This document shows, in pieces, positions 28,342-37,698 of a DNA stretch of 55,070 bases. Each line of letters opens with the position of its first letter. Position 1 is the stretch's first letter. Made by a program: the position numbers and the translations under genes. The notes under the pieces are model-generated. The model worked only from the letters and a program-made list of their open reading frames with translations. It searched no databases and was not told the DNA's origin. Origin of the DNA: Parcubacteria group bacterium GW2011_GWC1_45_14 (GTDB taxonomy: Bacteria > Patescibacteriota > Minisyncoccia > Moranbacterales > GWC2-37-73); the NCBI GenBank assembly GCA_001001345.1, contig LCKI01000001.1, positions 66,339 through 121,408 on the forward strand. Direction: 5' to 3'.

Positions 28342-28728
28342 ATGATTAGAATCGCAGGTATAAACCTTCCAGACGAAAAGAAAATAAAGGTCGCTTTGAC
28401 TTATGTTTATGGCATAGGTCCTTCTACGAGCGTAAAAATCCTGGAGAAAGTCGGAGTTGACAAAGAATTAAGAACCAAGGACGTAAACGCCGAAGACGCC
28501 AACAAGCTCAGGGATGAAATCGAGAAACTTTACAAGGTTGAGGGAGAGCTCAAGCATGAGGTGAAGATGAACGTGAAGAGACTCAAAGAAATCGGATGCC
28601 ACAGGGGAACCCGCCATCAGAAAGGACTTCCTGTCAGAGGACAAAGGACCAAGACTAACAGCAGGACCGTTCGCGGAAATACCAGAAAGACGATGGGAAG
28701 CGGAAGAAAGACTGCTGAGAAAACCTAG
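28342..28728 (+). CDS. rpsM: 30S ribosomal protein S13
   Basis: MIRIAGINLP, LTYVYGIG, GLPVRGQRTKTN. Confidence 0.97.
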   Translation: MIRIAGINLPDEKKIKVALTYVYGIGPSTSVKILEKVGVDKELRTKDVNAEDANKLRDEIEKLYKVEGELKHEVKMNVKRLKEIGCHRGTRHQKGLPVRGQRTKTNSRTVRGNTRKTMGSGRKTAEKT

Positions 28729-28746
28729 GACTTAGAAGTTGGACAG

Positions 28747-28848
28747 AAATCAAAAATCAAAATCGGAGTCTCGCTCCTTTCCCTGTCATCGGGAATATAC
28801 TGCGGAGCAACGCGACAATTTTGCATTTTGAGATTTAATTTTGAATTA
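28747..28848. repeat. Intergenic palindromic element (aatcaaa arms, GC-rich core)
   Basis: aatcaaaaatcaaaat...gctcc/ggagc...ttttgcattttgagatttaattttgaatt; related to 31966-32079. Confidence 0.7.
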
Positions 28849-28859
28849 TTAAAGATATT

Positions 28860-29333
28860 ATGGCTGAAGAAGTTACAAAAATTGAAGATGTGAATATCGC
28901 CGAAGCAGGTGAGTCGGTTGCGAAGGAGACGGCACCTGAAGCTTCTGCCACTGAATTGAAGAAAAAGAAGAAAAAGGCGAAACAGCAGATTTCCAAGGGT
29001 CAGGCCCATGTGAAATGCACCTATAATAACACTATGGTGACTATTTCCGACCTCAATGGAGCTATTTTGGGATGGTCAAGTTCCGGTCTTTTGGGATTCA
29101 AGGGTGCCAAAAAAGCCACTCCATATGCAGCTACTCAGGTTGTGGGAGACGTTGCTGAGAAAGTCAAGAAATACGGCATCCAGGAATTGGAAGTGTATGT
29201 AAAGGGAGTTGGAAGCGGACGCGAAGCCTCCATCAGGGCTTTGGCCAACAGGGGATATGACGTGCAAATGATCAAGGACGTCACACCTATCCCTCACAAC
29301 GGATGCAGGGCCAAGAAACCAAGAAGAGTATAG
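28860..29333 (+). CDS. rpsK: 30S ribosomal protein S11 (N-terminal extension)
   Basis: YNNT, GFKGAKKATPYAA, DVTPIPHNGCR. Confidence 0.97.
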   Translation: MAEEVTKIEDVNIAEAGESVAKETAPEASATELKKKKKKAKQQISKGQAHVKCTYNNTMVTISDLNGAILGWSSSGLLGFKGAKKATPYAATQVVGDVAEKVKKYGIQELEVYVKGVGSGREASIRALANRGYDVQMIKDVTPIPHNGCRAKKPRRV

Positions 29334-29387
29334 TATTAAGCAATAATTTAAAATTTTAAATTTTAAAATTTGAAATTCACATAGGAT

Positions 29388-30020
29388 ATGGCACGAGATT
29401 TGGATTCAAAATGTAAAAAATGCAGAAGAGCCGGAGAGAAGCTCTTTCTTAAGGGTGACCGATGCAATAGCGCCAAATGCGCCGTTGTCAGAAGGCCTTA
29501 TGCTCCAGGACAGCATGGAAAAAATATCTCCAGGGGACTTTCCGAGTTCGGAAAGCAGCTTGCTATGAAGCAGAGGATCAAAAGGATGTATGGTGTCCTC
29601 GAGAAACAGTTTAGGCGACATTTTGACGAAGCGAAAGGAAAGAAAGGTGTTACCGGAGACATGCTTATGGCGAGATTGGAACTCCGTTTGGACAGCGTTG
29701 TGAGGAAAATGGGATTCTCCCAGGCTCCTGCGCAGGCCAGGCAGTTGGTTACCCATGGACATTTCACGGTTAATGGAAAGAAAGTCGATATTCCGTCATT
29801 TGAAGTGAAAATCGGAGATGTCATAGGTATCAATGAAACTAAAAAGGACGGAGCGTTTTTCGCCAGCCAGCTCCCGATCGTGAAGAATAAAAAAGATTTT
29901 CCTTCCTGGATGCAGTTCGACACTGCCAAATTCGAGGGAAAGGTCATTTCTTTGCCTACCAGGGATGAAATCGACGTACATGTCGATCCTCAGATGATCG
30001 TTGAATATTACTCTCGTTAG
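29388..30020 (+). CDS. rpsD: 30S ribosomal protein S4 (Zn-binding type)
   Basis: CKKCRR..C..C, PGQHG, LELRLD, ARQLVTHGH, VEYYSR. Confidence 0.97.
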   Translation: MARDLDSKCKKCRRAGEKLFLKGDRCNSAKCAVVRRPYAPGQHGKNISRGLSEFGKQLAMKQRIKRMYGVLEKQFRRHFDEAKGKKGVTGDMLMARLELRLDSVVRKMGFSQAPAQARQLVTHGHFTVNGKKVDIPSFEVKIGDVIGINETKKDGAFFASQLPIVKNKKDFPSWMQFDTAKFEGKVISLPTRDEIDVHVDPQMIVEYYSR

Positions 30021-30105
30021 TATCTATATTTTTTTAAATCCCAATCATTAATCAGAGTCTGTGGTTTGTGACCAAAAACACGAGCTACAAATTCAGTAAG
30101 AGGAT

Positions 30106-31074
30106 ATGCAGATAGTTTCCCTTCCTCAGAAACCAAAATATACGCCGATCGATGAATTTTCCGGAAAATTTGAAATCTCCGGATGTTATCCTGGTTATGG
30201 CGCGACTCTTGGAAATGCACTCAGGCGCGTTCTTCTTTCTTCCTTGGAAGGTGCGGCTATCAACGCCGTCAAGATAAAAGGAGTTTCCCATGAATTCTCG
30301 ACCATCGACGGGGTCAAAGAGGACGTCGTTCAGATAATTTTGAACCTGAAGAAAATCAGATTCAAGATGCATTCAGATGAACCTGTGAAAGTAAGCCTGA
30401 AATTCAAGGGAGAGGGAGTTATCACTGCGGCTGACATAAAATGCCCTTCAAGCGTGGAAATCGTAAGTAAGGAGCAGGTTATCGCCACTATTACTGACAA
30501 GAAAACCGAATTCGAAATGGAACTCGAGGTTTCCAAGGGTCTTGGATATGTGCCGATCGAGCAGCAAGAGAGAGGAGAGAAAGAGATCGGAGTTATCGTT
30601 ATCGATGCCGTTTACACCCCGATAAGGAGAGTGAACTACGAAGTCGAGAACGCCCGCGTCGGAAAAAGAACCGACTACAACAAGATAACGCTGGAAATAG
30701 TGACTGATGGAAGCATAACTCCGGAGGAAGCTTTCTCGAAAGCCGTCAGCATCCTAGTCGAACAGTTCTCAGCATTGATAGGTATCGAGGTTGAGAAGGA
30801 AGAGGTCAAGGAGGAAGTCAAGGTTGCCGAGATAGTGGAGGAAGTCGCGGTCGAGGAAGAGGCTGTCGATCCGCTCAAGATAAAGATCGAAGAGTTGAAA
30901 TCCCTTTCCACAAGGACATTGAACGTCCTGCAGGCCGGAAACATCAAGAAGGTCAAGGACATCGTCAAATATAACGAGGAAGGAATCCTGGATCTTGAAG
31001 GGATGGGAGAAAAAGGATTGAAGGAAATCAAGAAGGCTGTCGGGGAATTCGGTCTGACCCTTAAGCAGAAATAA
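30106..31074 (+). CDS. rpoA: RNA polymerase alpha subunit
   Basis: GYGATLGNALRRVLLSS, HEFSTIDGVKEDV, IDAVYTP, alpha-CTD LSTRTLNVL. Confidence 0.97.
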   Translation: MQIVSLPQKPKYTPIDEFSGKFEISGCYPGYGATLGNALRRVLLSSLEGAAINAVKIKGVSHEFSTIDGVKEDVVQIILNLKKIRFKMHSDEPVKVSLKFKGEGVITAADIKCPSSVEIVSKEQVIATITDKKTEFEMELEVSKGLGYVPIEQQERGEKEIGVIVIDAVYTPIRRVNYEVENARVGKRTDYNKITLEIVTDGSITPEEAFSKAVSILVEQFSALIGIEVEKEEVKEEVKVAEIVEEVAVEEEAVDPLKIKIEELKSLSTRTLNVLQAGNIKKVKDIVKYNEEGILDLEGMGEKGLKEIKKAVGEFGLTLKQK

Positions 31075-31098
31075 TCAGCAAGTTCAAACAAGAAAAGT

Positions 31099-31464
31099 AT
31101 GAAACATAGAGTAAAAGGAAGAAAATTCAGCAGGCTCAAGGGCCAAAGGACAGCATTCCTCAAGACGCTTGTCGGAAGCTTGATAGTGAAAGAGAAAATC
31201 ACTACCACCGAGGCAAGGGCTAAGGAGATCAAGGGTATTGTCGACAGGATGGTAGGCAAGGCTCTTAAGATCAAAAAGGATGAATCCAAGAAAGTCTCGG
31301 TCATCAGGGATCTTCGAAAGCACATGCCTCTCGTGGCCGTGAAGAAGCTTTCAAGCGATTTCACTGGCAAATTCGAGGGTAGGGCAAGCGGATTCGTGAG
31401 GGTTATCAAGCTCGAGAGAAGAAAAGGGGATAGCGCCAAAATGGCGGTTATAGAATTTGTGTAG
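31099..31464 (+). CDS. rplQ: 50S ribosomal protein L17
   Basis: MKHRVKGRKFSR, ITTTEARAKE, RKGDSAKMAVIEFV. Confidence 0.96.
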   Translation: MKHRVKGRKFSRLKGQRTAFLKTLVGSLIVKEKITTTEARAKEIKGIVDRMVGKALKIKKDESKKVSVIRDLRKHMPLVAVKKLSSDFTGKFEGRASGFVRVIKLERRKGDSAKMAVIEFV

Positions 31465-31467
31465 TCT

Positions 31468-31554
31468 CTACGAATTACGAATTTGTACGAATTTACGAAT
31501 ATACAAATTGGAATTATTAGCAATTCGCGGATTCGCATTTATTTGCGGATTAGC
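31468..31554. repeat. Intergenic palindrome of tacgaat tandem repeats
   Basis: tacgaattacgaatttgtacgaatttacgaat versus attagc/attcgc/atttgc repeats. Confidence 0.7.
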
Positions 31555-31572
31555 ATAATATAGTGAAACAAT

Positions 31573-31959
31573 ATGGAAAGAAAAATTCATTTATTTGACG
31601 CCAAGGGAAAGGTTCTCGGAAGGCTCGCGACTGAAGTGGCGCGGGTTTTGAGTGGGAAGAACAAGGTTGATTACACTCCACATGTCGACGGAGGTGATAT
31701 TGTCGTGGTCATAAACACCGAAAAGATCGTGGTGACCGGAAACAAGATGGAAGACAAGATTTACCACAGATTCAGCGGTTATCCTGGTGGAATAACCTCG
31801 ATCGCCCTTAAGGATTTGTTGGAGAAGGATGCTACCAAAGTCATGATGAACGCGGTCAACGGAATGCTCCCGAAGAACAAGCTTCGCGACAGGATGATGA
31901 CAAGGCTCCACCCGATCGTCGGCAGCGAGCATCAATACAAGATAGACGTAACGCACTAA
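31573..31959 (+). CDS. rplM: 50S ribosomal protein L13
   Basis: DAKGKVLGRLAT, YTPHVDGGD, SGYPGG, GMLPKN. Confidence 0.96.
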   Translation: MERKIHLFDAKGKVLGRLATEVARVLSGKNKVDYTPHVDGGDIVVVINTEKIVVTGNKMEDKIYHRFSGYPGGITSIALKDLLEKDATKVMMNAVNGMLPKNKLRDRMMTRLHPIVGSEHQYKIDVTH

Positions 31960-31965
31960 AGGAAT

Positions 31966-32079
31966 TAAAAAATCAAAAATCAAAATGCAAAATTATGGAG
32001 TCGCTCCGCGACGACATCGCAAGGATTATAAGTGAAGCGAATACCGCAATTTTAAATTTTGACTTTTAAATTTTGAATT
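31966..32079. repeat. Intergenic palindromic element (aatcaaa arms)
   Basis: aaatcaaaaatcaaaatgcaaaatt...ggagtcgctccgcgac...aattttaaattttgacttttaaattttgaatt. Confidence 0.7.
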
Positions 32080-32088
32080 ATTTATCAT

Positions 32089-32643
32089 ATGGCAGTTAAA
32101 AAAGAAGCGAAAAAAGCCCCGGCCAAGAAAGCCCCAGCCAAGAAAGCTGCGGCCAAGAAGGCCGCTCCGAAAAAAGCCGAAGCGAAAGTTGAGGTTAAGG
32201 CGGAGGTAAAAGAAGTGAAAGCGAAAGTTGAGAAGAAAATCTCAGCCAAATACTTTTACGGTGTCGGAAGAAGGAAGACCTCGGTCGCCCAAGTCAGGCT
32301 TTATGAGAATGACAAGGCTACTGACGCTGACTTGGTCATCAATGACAAGGAAATGAAAGATTATTTCCCGACTTTGGCCCAGCAGAACGTGATGACCGCT
32401 CCTCTTAAAGGGATCGGAATGCACGGAAAATTCACCATGACGGCTCTCGTCAAAGGAGGAGGGATGACCGGACAGGTGGAGGCTGTACAATTGGGAATAT
32501 CTAGGGCTTTGGTCGCATTCGACGAATCCCTTAAGAAATCCCTTCGGGATAACGGATTCCTTACTCGCGACGCGAGAAAGGTGGAAAGAAAGAAACCTGG
32601 ACTCAAAAAAGCAAGACGCGCCCCACAATGGGCAAAAAGATAA
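32089..32643 (+). CDS. rpsI: 30S ribosomal protein S9 with Lys/Ala/Pro-rich N-terminal extension
   Basis: GVGRRKTSVAQV, GGGMTGQ, LTRDARKVERKKPGLKKARRAPQWAKR. Confidence 0.97.
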   Translation: MAVKKEAKKAPAKKAPAKKAAAKKAAPKKAEAKVEVKAEVKEVKAKVEKKISAKYFYGVGRRKTSVAQVRLYENDKATDADLVINDKEMKDYFPTLAQQNVMTAPLKGIGMHGKFTMTALVKGGGMTGQVEAVQLGISRALVAFDESLKKSLRDNGFLTRDARKVERKKPGLKKARRAPQWAKR

Positions 32644-32798
32644 AAACGCTTCGGCGTTTTTTCTTTTTGGCTATTGTGGATTGGAAAGGGGTCGGGAAAA
32701 CGAAAGTTTTCCTGGGGTGGAAGTATTGAAACCGCAAGGTTTCAAGGAGCAAAGCGACCCCTCATTGGGCAAAAAGATAAAAACGCTTCGGCGTTTTT
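32629..32798 (+). repeat. 33-bp direct repeat (rpsI 3' end plus terminator) enclosing a 104-bp structured insert
   Basis: tgggcaaaaagataaaaacgcttcggcgttttt at 32629-32661 and 32766-32798. Confidence 0.9.
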
Positions 32799-32941
32799 AT
32801 CTTTTTTATGTCATTAATTGAAGGGTTATTTGCAACTATTTCCGGCCTGTTTTGTAGTATATTTATCAGCAATCTTCAAATAGAAACAGTTCATTTAACA
32901 AAGCCCCATATTTTTGCTTCAGGGGTGGAAAGGAGTAAGCC

Positions 32942-33475
32942 ATGTCGACAGCACAGATATTCAACTGCATATTGGGAGAATGGATCAGGGAAATAACCCA
33001 ACTGATCAATGAAGTGAAAGCAGGACGCGTTGAAGCCCAAACCAAGGTCGTGGAGTGGATGAAGTTCTTCATGATTCTCTCCCGGGAAATCAAGAATCAT
33101 CCATTCGACAAGAAGACGGCGGGAAATATGCAGGATATTGTCGATGAATTGAAAGGCGACAACTTCTTTTTTCTCGAGGGCAGGGAACATTTCATCGAGA
33201 GGATAGGTGACGTTGTCCATCTGTTGGAAGTCGGCGATTGGGTTTGGGCGAGATGTGACGGCCACCTTCAGGAACTTCTCGGCAGGGTGGAGGACGTCGA
33301 TCACGAGCATCTCCAAGCACTGGTCCTATTCATGGAGGAGGATTTCCCGGGGAACAGGGGATTACAGAGCCCCAATGCTTGCGTTTTATTCCCTGATATT
33401 CTCAGGATCGAGAATGATTCCGGGGTGATAGGCACAAAGTCTTGGGTGATGGAGCAATACAAGCAAGTCGTCTAA
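32942..33475 (+). CDS. Hypothetical protein (no family recognised)
   Basis: 177 aa, AAGGAG SD, hairpin downstream. Confidence 0.7.
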   Translation: MSTAQIFNCILGEWIREITQLINEVKAGRVEAQTKVVEWMKFFMILSREIKNHPFDKKTAGNMQDIVDELKGDNFFFLEGREHFIERIGDVVHLLEVGDWVWARCDGHLQELLGRVEDVDHEHLQALVLFMEEDFPGNRGLQSPNACVLFPDILRIENDSGVIGTKSWVMEQYKQVV

Positions 33476-33603
33476 AAAATTCCTTCTTTCGGATGCAATA
33501 ATGAATTCCCTCCCGCAGATTTCTCGGAAGGGGATTTTTCTGTTTGGAAATTTCCCGGGTAAGGAAAAAGCCCCCGGAATTCCGAAGGGCTTCAATTGAT
33601 GCT

Positions 33604-34107
33604 TCATTGGAGAGTCTTTATAGTCAGTTTTTCGTGGACGCTTTTGCAATACGAGCATGTTTCCATATGCACCGCGATCGCGATGGTTTCCTTGTTGGAG
33701 AGTTTCCCGTGAGTAAAGAGTGATATTTTTTCCAGTCCGGGGCAGTCGCAAATTTCATTGCCACAGCCGCATTTACTTTCGCATTCCCGCATTGATTTCC
33801 TCCGTTGCTTTTTATGTGAGGAATTTTTCTTTGTTATTATCATTGAAACGATCCGGGTGAATAGTAATGAAAACAGCAAGGTTAGGATGAAAAAAGGGAT
33901 GATACGGACCAGTTCCAGGGGTTTCTCCATGAGAATATGGTAAATTATTGTCACGACAAGAGAGTAGAACAATGTCCAAACTGCCTGATGGAGAAAGATC
34001 GTCAACCAGTCATATTTTTGTTCCTCGGTGTAAATTAAACTGATTTTGATAAGCACCCTTAGGTAATATGCAGTTACGGTAATGAGAAGTATCAAATAGA
34101 TGGTCAT
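33604..34107 (-). CDS. Membrane protein with C-terminal Cys-rich, zf-HC2-like (HxxxCxxC) motif
   Basis: About 3 TM segments, CESKCGCGNEICDCP, HMETCSYC; GGGAGG SD. Confidence 0.65.
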   Translation of the reverse strand: MTIYLILLITVTAYYLRVLIKISLIYTEEQKYDWLTIFLHQAVWTLFYSLVVTIIYHILMEKPLELVRIIPFFILTLLFSLLFTRIVSMIITKKNSSHKKQRRKSMRECESKCGCGNEICDCPGLEKISLFTHGKLSNKETIAIAVHMETCSYCKSVHEKLTIKTLQ

Positions 34108-34313
34108 TGGACCCTCCCTGGTGATATTTTTTAAAGTGCTATTAATGATATGGTTATCTATCGTATTTTATGGCATATTGCAATAAAATACGAAAAAAGT
34201 CAAGCCATAAAAATAAAAGGAGAAAGCTCGACAGGTTTCAATAGGGATGCTAGAATTCGCTCACGATAAGCCGTAGCCCTTTTAATAACCGATGATAGCA
34301 GAAGGAGGTCGAG

Positions 34314-34601
34314 ATGGACTTTAGGCGCCAGTGTAAAATTTTAGGGGAAAATATGGTTATGATAACCATAGTCCCGAATGCTAGCAGTGGGCATCCTGAT
34401 TTGGCCCAAAACCTCAAAAAGAAGATTTTGGAGGAAACAGGATTTGCCGAAAATCAGGTCAAGCGTTATTTCTCAGCCGTTTTTCCGGACGGTCCATTGG
34501 AAGGCCATTGTTACGTGGAACTGCAAATAGAGTATGACCTGAGCGAAGAAGAACTTCTCCGGCGCCTTAAAGAAAGACGTTACGAGGAAATAAAGCTTTG
34601 A
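34314..34601 (+). CDS. Hypothetical protein (no family recognised)
   Basis: AAGGAGGT SD, promoter TCGACA-17-TAGAAT (34228-34256), terminator 34619-34650. Confidence 0.65.
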   Translation: MDFRRQCKILGENMVMITIVPNASSGHPDLAQNLKKKILEETGFAENQVKRYFSAVFPDGPLEGHCYVELQIEYDLSEEELLRRLKERRYEEIKL

Positions 34602-34618
34602 AAGTGATTTTGTTTTCA

Positions 34619-34650
34619 AAAAGGCGGATACAGCTGTATTCGCCTTTTTT
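34619..34650 (+). terminator. Rho-independent terminator
   Basis: aaaaggcggatacag/ctgtattcgcctttttt. Confidence 0.75.
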
Positions 34651-34959
34651 CATTTTTTCGCCAAAGAAAAAAAGTCCCCAGGAATCTTCCTGAGGACTTT
34701 CGTTTTTCCCGAAAGATTTTTCGGTTCAGCAGCTTTGGCCAGCGTTGGCGTTGGCGAGTATCTCTTTGACGAGTTGAATATTCACAGGATTCCCTTCGAA
34801 GACCCCTATGGCCATCACAGCTTCAGGGAGGGGATTGTTGATTTCAATAAGAAAAGTGAAAGCAATTATTTGGTATTCTTTAAAAGATGCCAATAACGGA
34901 TTAGCCGCGAGTAGAAGCAGTTTTTTGTTTTGTTTGTGAAAGCGCGATACAATACGGAT

Positions 34960-35226
34960 ATGAAAAAGATAACTTTCGAAAGCATGTACTATCTTTATAT
35001 CCTTGAATGTTCCGATGGGAGTTTGTATACGGGAATCGCTGTCGATGTGGAAAAAAGGCTCGCGGAGCACAACGACTCAAGAAGGGGCGCGAAGTATACG
35101 AAAGCCAGAAGGCCGGTGAAATTGGTGTTTTCAAAAAAATTCAAAAACAGGTCCGCCGCTTCCAAGGAGGAGGCTCGGATCAAGAATTTGTCCCGGAAAG
35201 AGAAATTGGAACTTATAAAAGCTTGA
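34960..35226 (+). CDS. GIY-YIG nuclease (UPF0213/YhbQ-like)
   Basis: YYLYILECSDGSLYTG, RLAEHN, GAKYTKARRPV, EARIK; start may instead be 34984. Confidence 0.9.
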   Translation: MKKITFESMYYLYILECSDGSLYTGIAVDVEKRLAEHNDSRRGAKYTKARRPVKLVFSKKFKNRSAASKEEARIKNLSRKEKLELIKA

Positions 35227-35229
35227 GTC

Positions 35230-35535
35230 ATGGATTCTTTCGAAATAAAAATGCGCGGGAAAGTCTGGCTTTATGAGGGTGGAAAATCCGCATGGCATTT
35301 CATCTTGCTTCCTAAGGGAAAATCAAGGGACATGAGGGAATTTTTTTCCGGTATGGAAAGGGGATTCGGTTCGCTTCCGGTCGAAGTCACGATCCGGAAG
35401 ACCACCTGGCGGACTTCCATTTTTCCGGACAGCAAAGAGGGCGCATATCTCCTCCCCCTTAAATATGAAGTTCGCAATAAGGAGAGCATCAAGGCCGGGG
35501 ACATGGTCACGTTCATCCTGAAAGTCCTCGTTTAG
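35230..35535 (+). CDS. DUF1905-family protein
   Basis: AWHFI, GFGSLPVEVTI..WRTSIFP..YLLPLK.EVR. Confidence 0.75.
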   Translation: MDSFEIKMRGKVWLYEGGKSAWHFILLPKGKSRDMREFFSGMERGFGSLPVEVTIRKTTWRTSIFPDSKEGAYLLPLKYEVRNKESIKAGDMVTFILKVLV

Positions 35536-35561
35536 GAAAATTTTTAAAAAAACAAAAACAT

Positions 35562-35846
35562 ATGGAAAAAAAACTGCTTATTGTCATGGCGATATTCGTA
35601 TCGATAAACCTCATCGCTTTTCTCATTATGTTTTTGGACAAGTTGAAATCGAGAAAAAAAGGAGTAGAGAGAATTTCCGAGGGTCTCTTGTTTTTCATGG
35701 CGGCGGCTTTTGGGAGCGTCGGGGTGTATACCGGCATGTTCGCTTTCAGGCATAAAACCCAGAAATGGTATTTTCTTCTTGGTATACCCTTGCTTATGCT
35801 CCAAAACGGAGCCATTTTGTATCTAGCGTATTTGTTTTTGATTTGA
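35562..35846 (+). CDS. DUF1294-family membrane protein
   Basis: DKLKS..RISE..GSVG..GMFAFRHKTQK. Confidence 0.85.
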   Translation: MEKKLLIVMAIFVSINLIAFLIMFLDKLKSRKKGVERISEGLLFFMAAAFGSVGVYTGMFAFRHKTQKWYFLLGIPLLMLQNGAILYLAYLFLI

Positions 35847-35940
35847 AATATATTTTTCCTTTTGACAGAAAGTAAGAGATCATTGAAAAGTTTGTATTAC
35901 ATTGCATGAGAGTTTCTAAGAAGAGATTATTTTCAATTAC

Positions 35941-36495
35941 ATGGATTATTTATCCGAAAACTTCAAAAGATTTTTGCTTTCGACGACTGCGATGCTGTTG
36001 GGATCGGTGCTGTTTTTCGGAGGAGTCGCGCCGGTCCTGGCCAACGATGTCGTTTTCGGACTGAGTGACGGCAGCGAGCCCGAGATAGGCCTACTCAAAG
36101 ACAAATCTTCGATTAAAGGTAAGAAGGGAAAATATATAGACATTAGTTTGTCAAAACAGACCCTTACTCTTTACAAAGACGGAAAGCCGGCGGGATCTTA
36201 TGTTATTTCTTCCGGCAAAAAATCGATGGCCACGCCGAAAGGAAATTTCAAAATTTATAATAAAGCCAAAAGGGCCTGGTCTGACGAGTATGGGCTGTAT
36301 ATGCCATATTGGATGGCATTCACGCCTTCAGGTTCTCACGGCATACACGAGCTTCCTGAATGGCCCAGTGGTTACAAGGAGGGTGCCGGTCACTTGGGTA
36401 TTCCGGTTTCGCATGGCTGCGTGAGGCTCGGAGTAGGTGCGGCCAAAAAGGTTTATGATTGGGCTCCGATAGGTACGCCTGTGATAATCCATTAA
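35941..36495 (+). CDS. L,D-transpeptidase (YkuD family), exported
   Basis: Signal-like N-terminus, ISSGK..TPKG, HGIH, SHGCVRL. Confidence 0.92.
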   Translation: MDYLSENFKRFLLSTTAMLLGSVLFFGGVAPVLANDVVFGLSDGSEPEIGLLKDKSSIKGKKGKYIDISLSKQTLTLYKDGKPAGSYVISSGKKSMATPKGNFKIYNKAKRAWSDEYGLYMPYWMAFTPSGSHGIHELPEWPSGYKEGAGHLGIPVSHGCVRLGVGAAKKVYDWAPIGTPVIIH

Positions 36496-36626
36496 GGAGC
36501 AGCAGACGAGGGATTCCGCTAAGAGATCCTTTTTTGCGGTTCGTTCTGGCGACCGTGTGGTATAATGGCCATATCGACGGAACTTTTTCCTGCGATTAAC
36601 AAGTTAACTCTCATAAGAATAAAGAC

Positions 36627-37229
36627 ATGGATTTCAGCAATAAATTACGGAACCACTTGGTTGTAGAGCTTTTGTCATTAGTATTGATTTATATTTTCTG
36701 GCTTTCTGGTATAGGACTTAACCGTTCCGTGGCCGCGGTTTCATTCGTGCTGCTTTTTCTGGTACTTATCATAGGGCCCATCATGAAACTCTGGCGTCCG
36801 GTTGTGGAGCACCTCCCATGGGAGATGCCTTGGAGCTGGAGGGGCGAACTGGGAATTTGGTTTTTTCTGCTCTCACTTGCACATGTGGGATTGGTTATGT
36901 ATGACAGGGAGGGATTAGGAACATTGCGCTTGGCGGATTATTTGGGACTGGTCGCACTTTTCTGGGCTTTGGTTTTGACGGCTACTTCTTTTGAAAAGGT
37001 CATCAAATTCATCGGGGTCAAGTCGTGGAAATGGCTGCACTCTTTTGCTTATGTGATTTTCTACTTGGTCGGTTTTCACACCATAAACCACGCCTTCTTG
37101 AGGACCGGGAGGCCTGACAGTTGGATCCATTGGTCATATCTGGTCATGATAACTGTCGTTATCGTTCTGCAAATTTCCGCTTTTGCCAGAGAAGTCGTCC
37201 TTTATCGTAAAAGTCTCAAGAGCGAATAA
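36627..37229 (+). CDS. Ferric-reductase-like transmembrane protein (MsrQ/YedZ-like)
   Basis: RGELGIW..AH, LTATS, WKWLHSFAYVIFYLVGFH heme-ligand His pattern. Confidence 0.8.
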   Translation: MDFSNKLRNHLVVELLSLVLIYIFWLSGIGLNRSVAAVSFVLLFLVLIIGPIMKLWRPVVEHLPWEMPWSWRGELGIWFFLLSLAHVGLVMYDREGLGTLRLADYLGLVALFWALVLTATSFEKVIKFIGVKSWKWLHSFAYVIFYLVGFHTINHAFLRTGRPDSWIHWSYLVMITVVIVLQISAFAREVVLYRKSLKSE

Positions 37230-37231
37230 GT

Positions 37232-37627
37232 ATGTATAAAGTGAGCCGCGAACAATTTGAGAAAATCGTCGATGAAGGCATCAGCGAAATCCCTGGAAAA
37301 TTTTTAGCAAAATTGGACAACGTGGTCATTGTCGTGGAAAATGATCCGACAAAGGAGCAGGAAAAAGAGTTGGAAATTCGCAAGGGATGGACGCTGTTCG
37401 GACTTTATGAAGGAATCCCGCAGGCTGAGCGCGGAGACCATTATTACGGCGTTCTGCCGGACAAGATTACTATTTTTAAAAATCCCATAGAAGAGGAAGC
37501 TGGATCGGAAGGTGAGATAAAAAAGATCGTCAGTGAAACGGTCTGGCATGAGATAGCGCATCATTTCGGCTTGGACGAAGAAGAGGTGGAGCGTGCCGAA
37601 AAGGCGAAAAAAGGCCGCGTATCATGA
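37232..37627 (+). CDS. Zincin-like metallopeptidase (Zincin_1)
   Basis: LFGLYEGIP, PDKITIF, HEIAHHFG. Confidence 0.88.
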   Translation: MYKVSREQFEKIVDEGISEIPGKFLAKLDNVVIVVENDPTKEQEKELEIRKGWTLFGLYEGIPQAERGDHYYGVLPDKITIFKNPIEEEAGSEGEIKKIVSETVWHEIAHHFGLDEEEVERAEKAKKGRVS

Positions 37628-37698
37628 TCAAATGAAATCCTGAGCTGAGTTTATTTGTAGTACGGGCAGAACTTTTCCAACTCCAAAGGAGGTTTTCC

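Noticed and set aside
34668-34900. Minus-strand short ORF ending at 34726 with a terminator and a boxA-like GCATCTTTTAAA
   Set aside because: No SD or credible start or promoter; possibly a gene remnant, too weak to call
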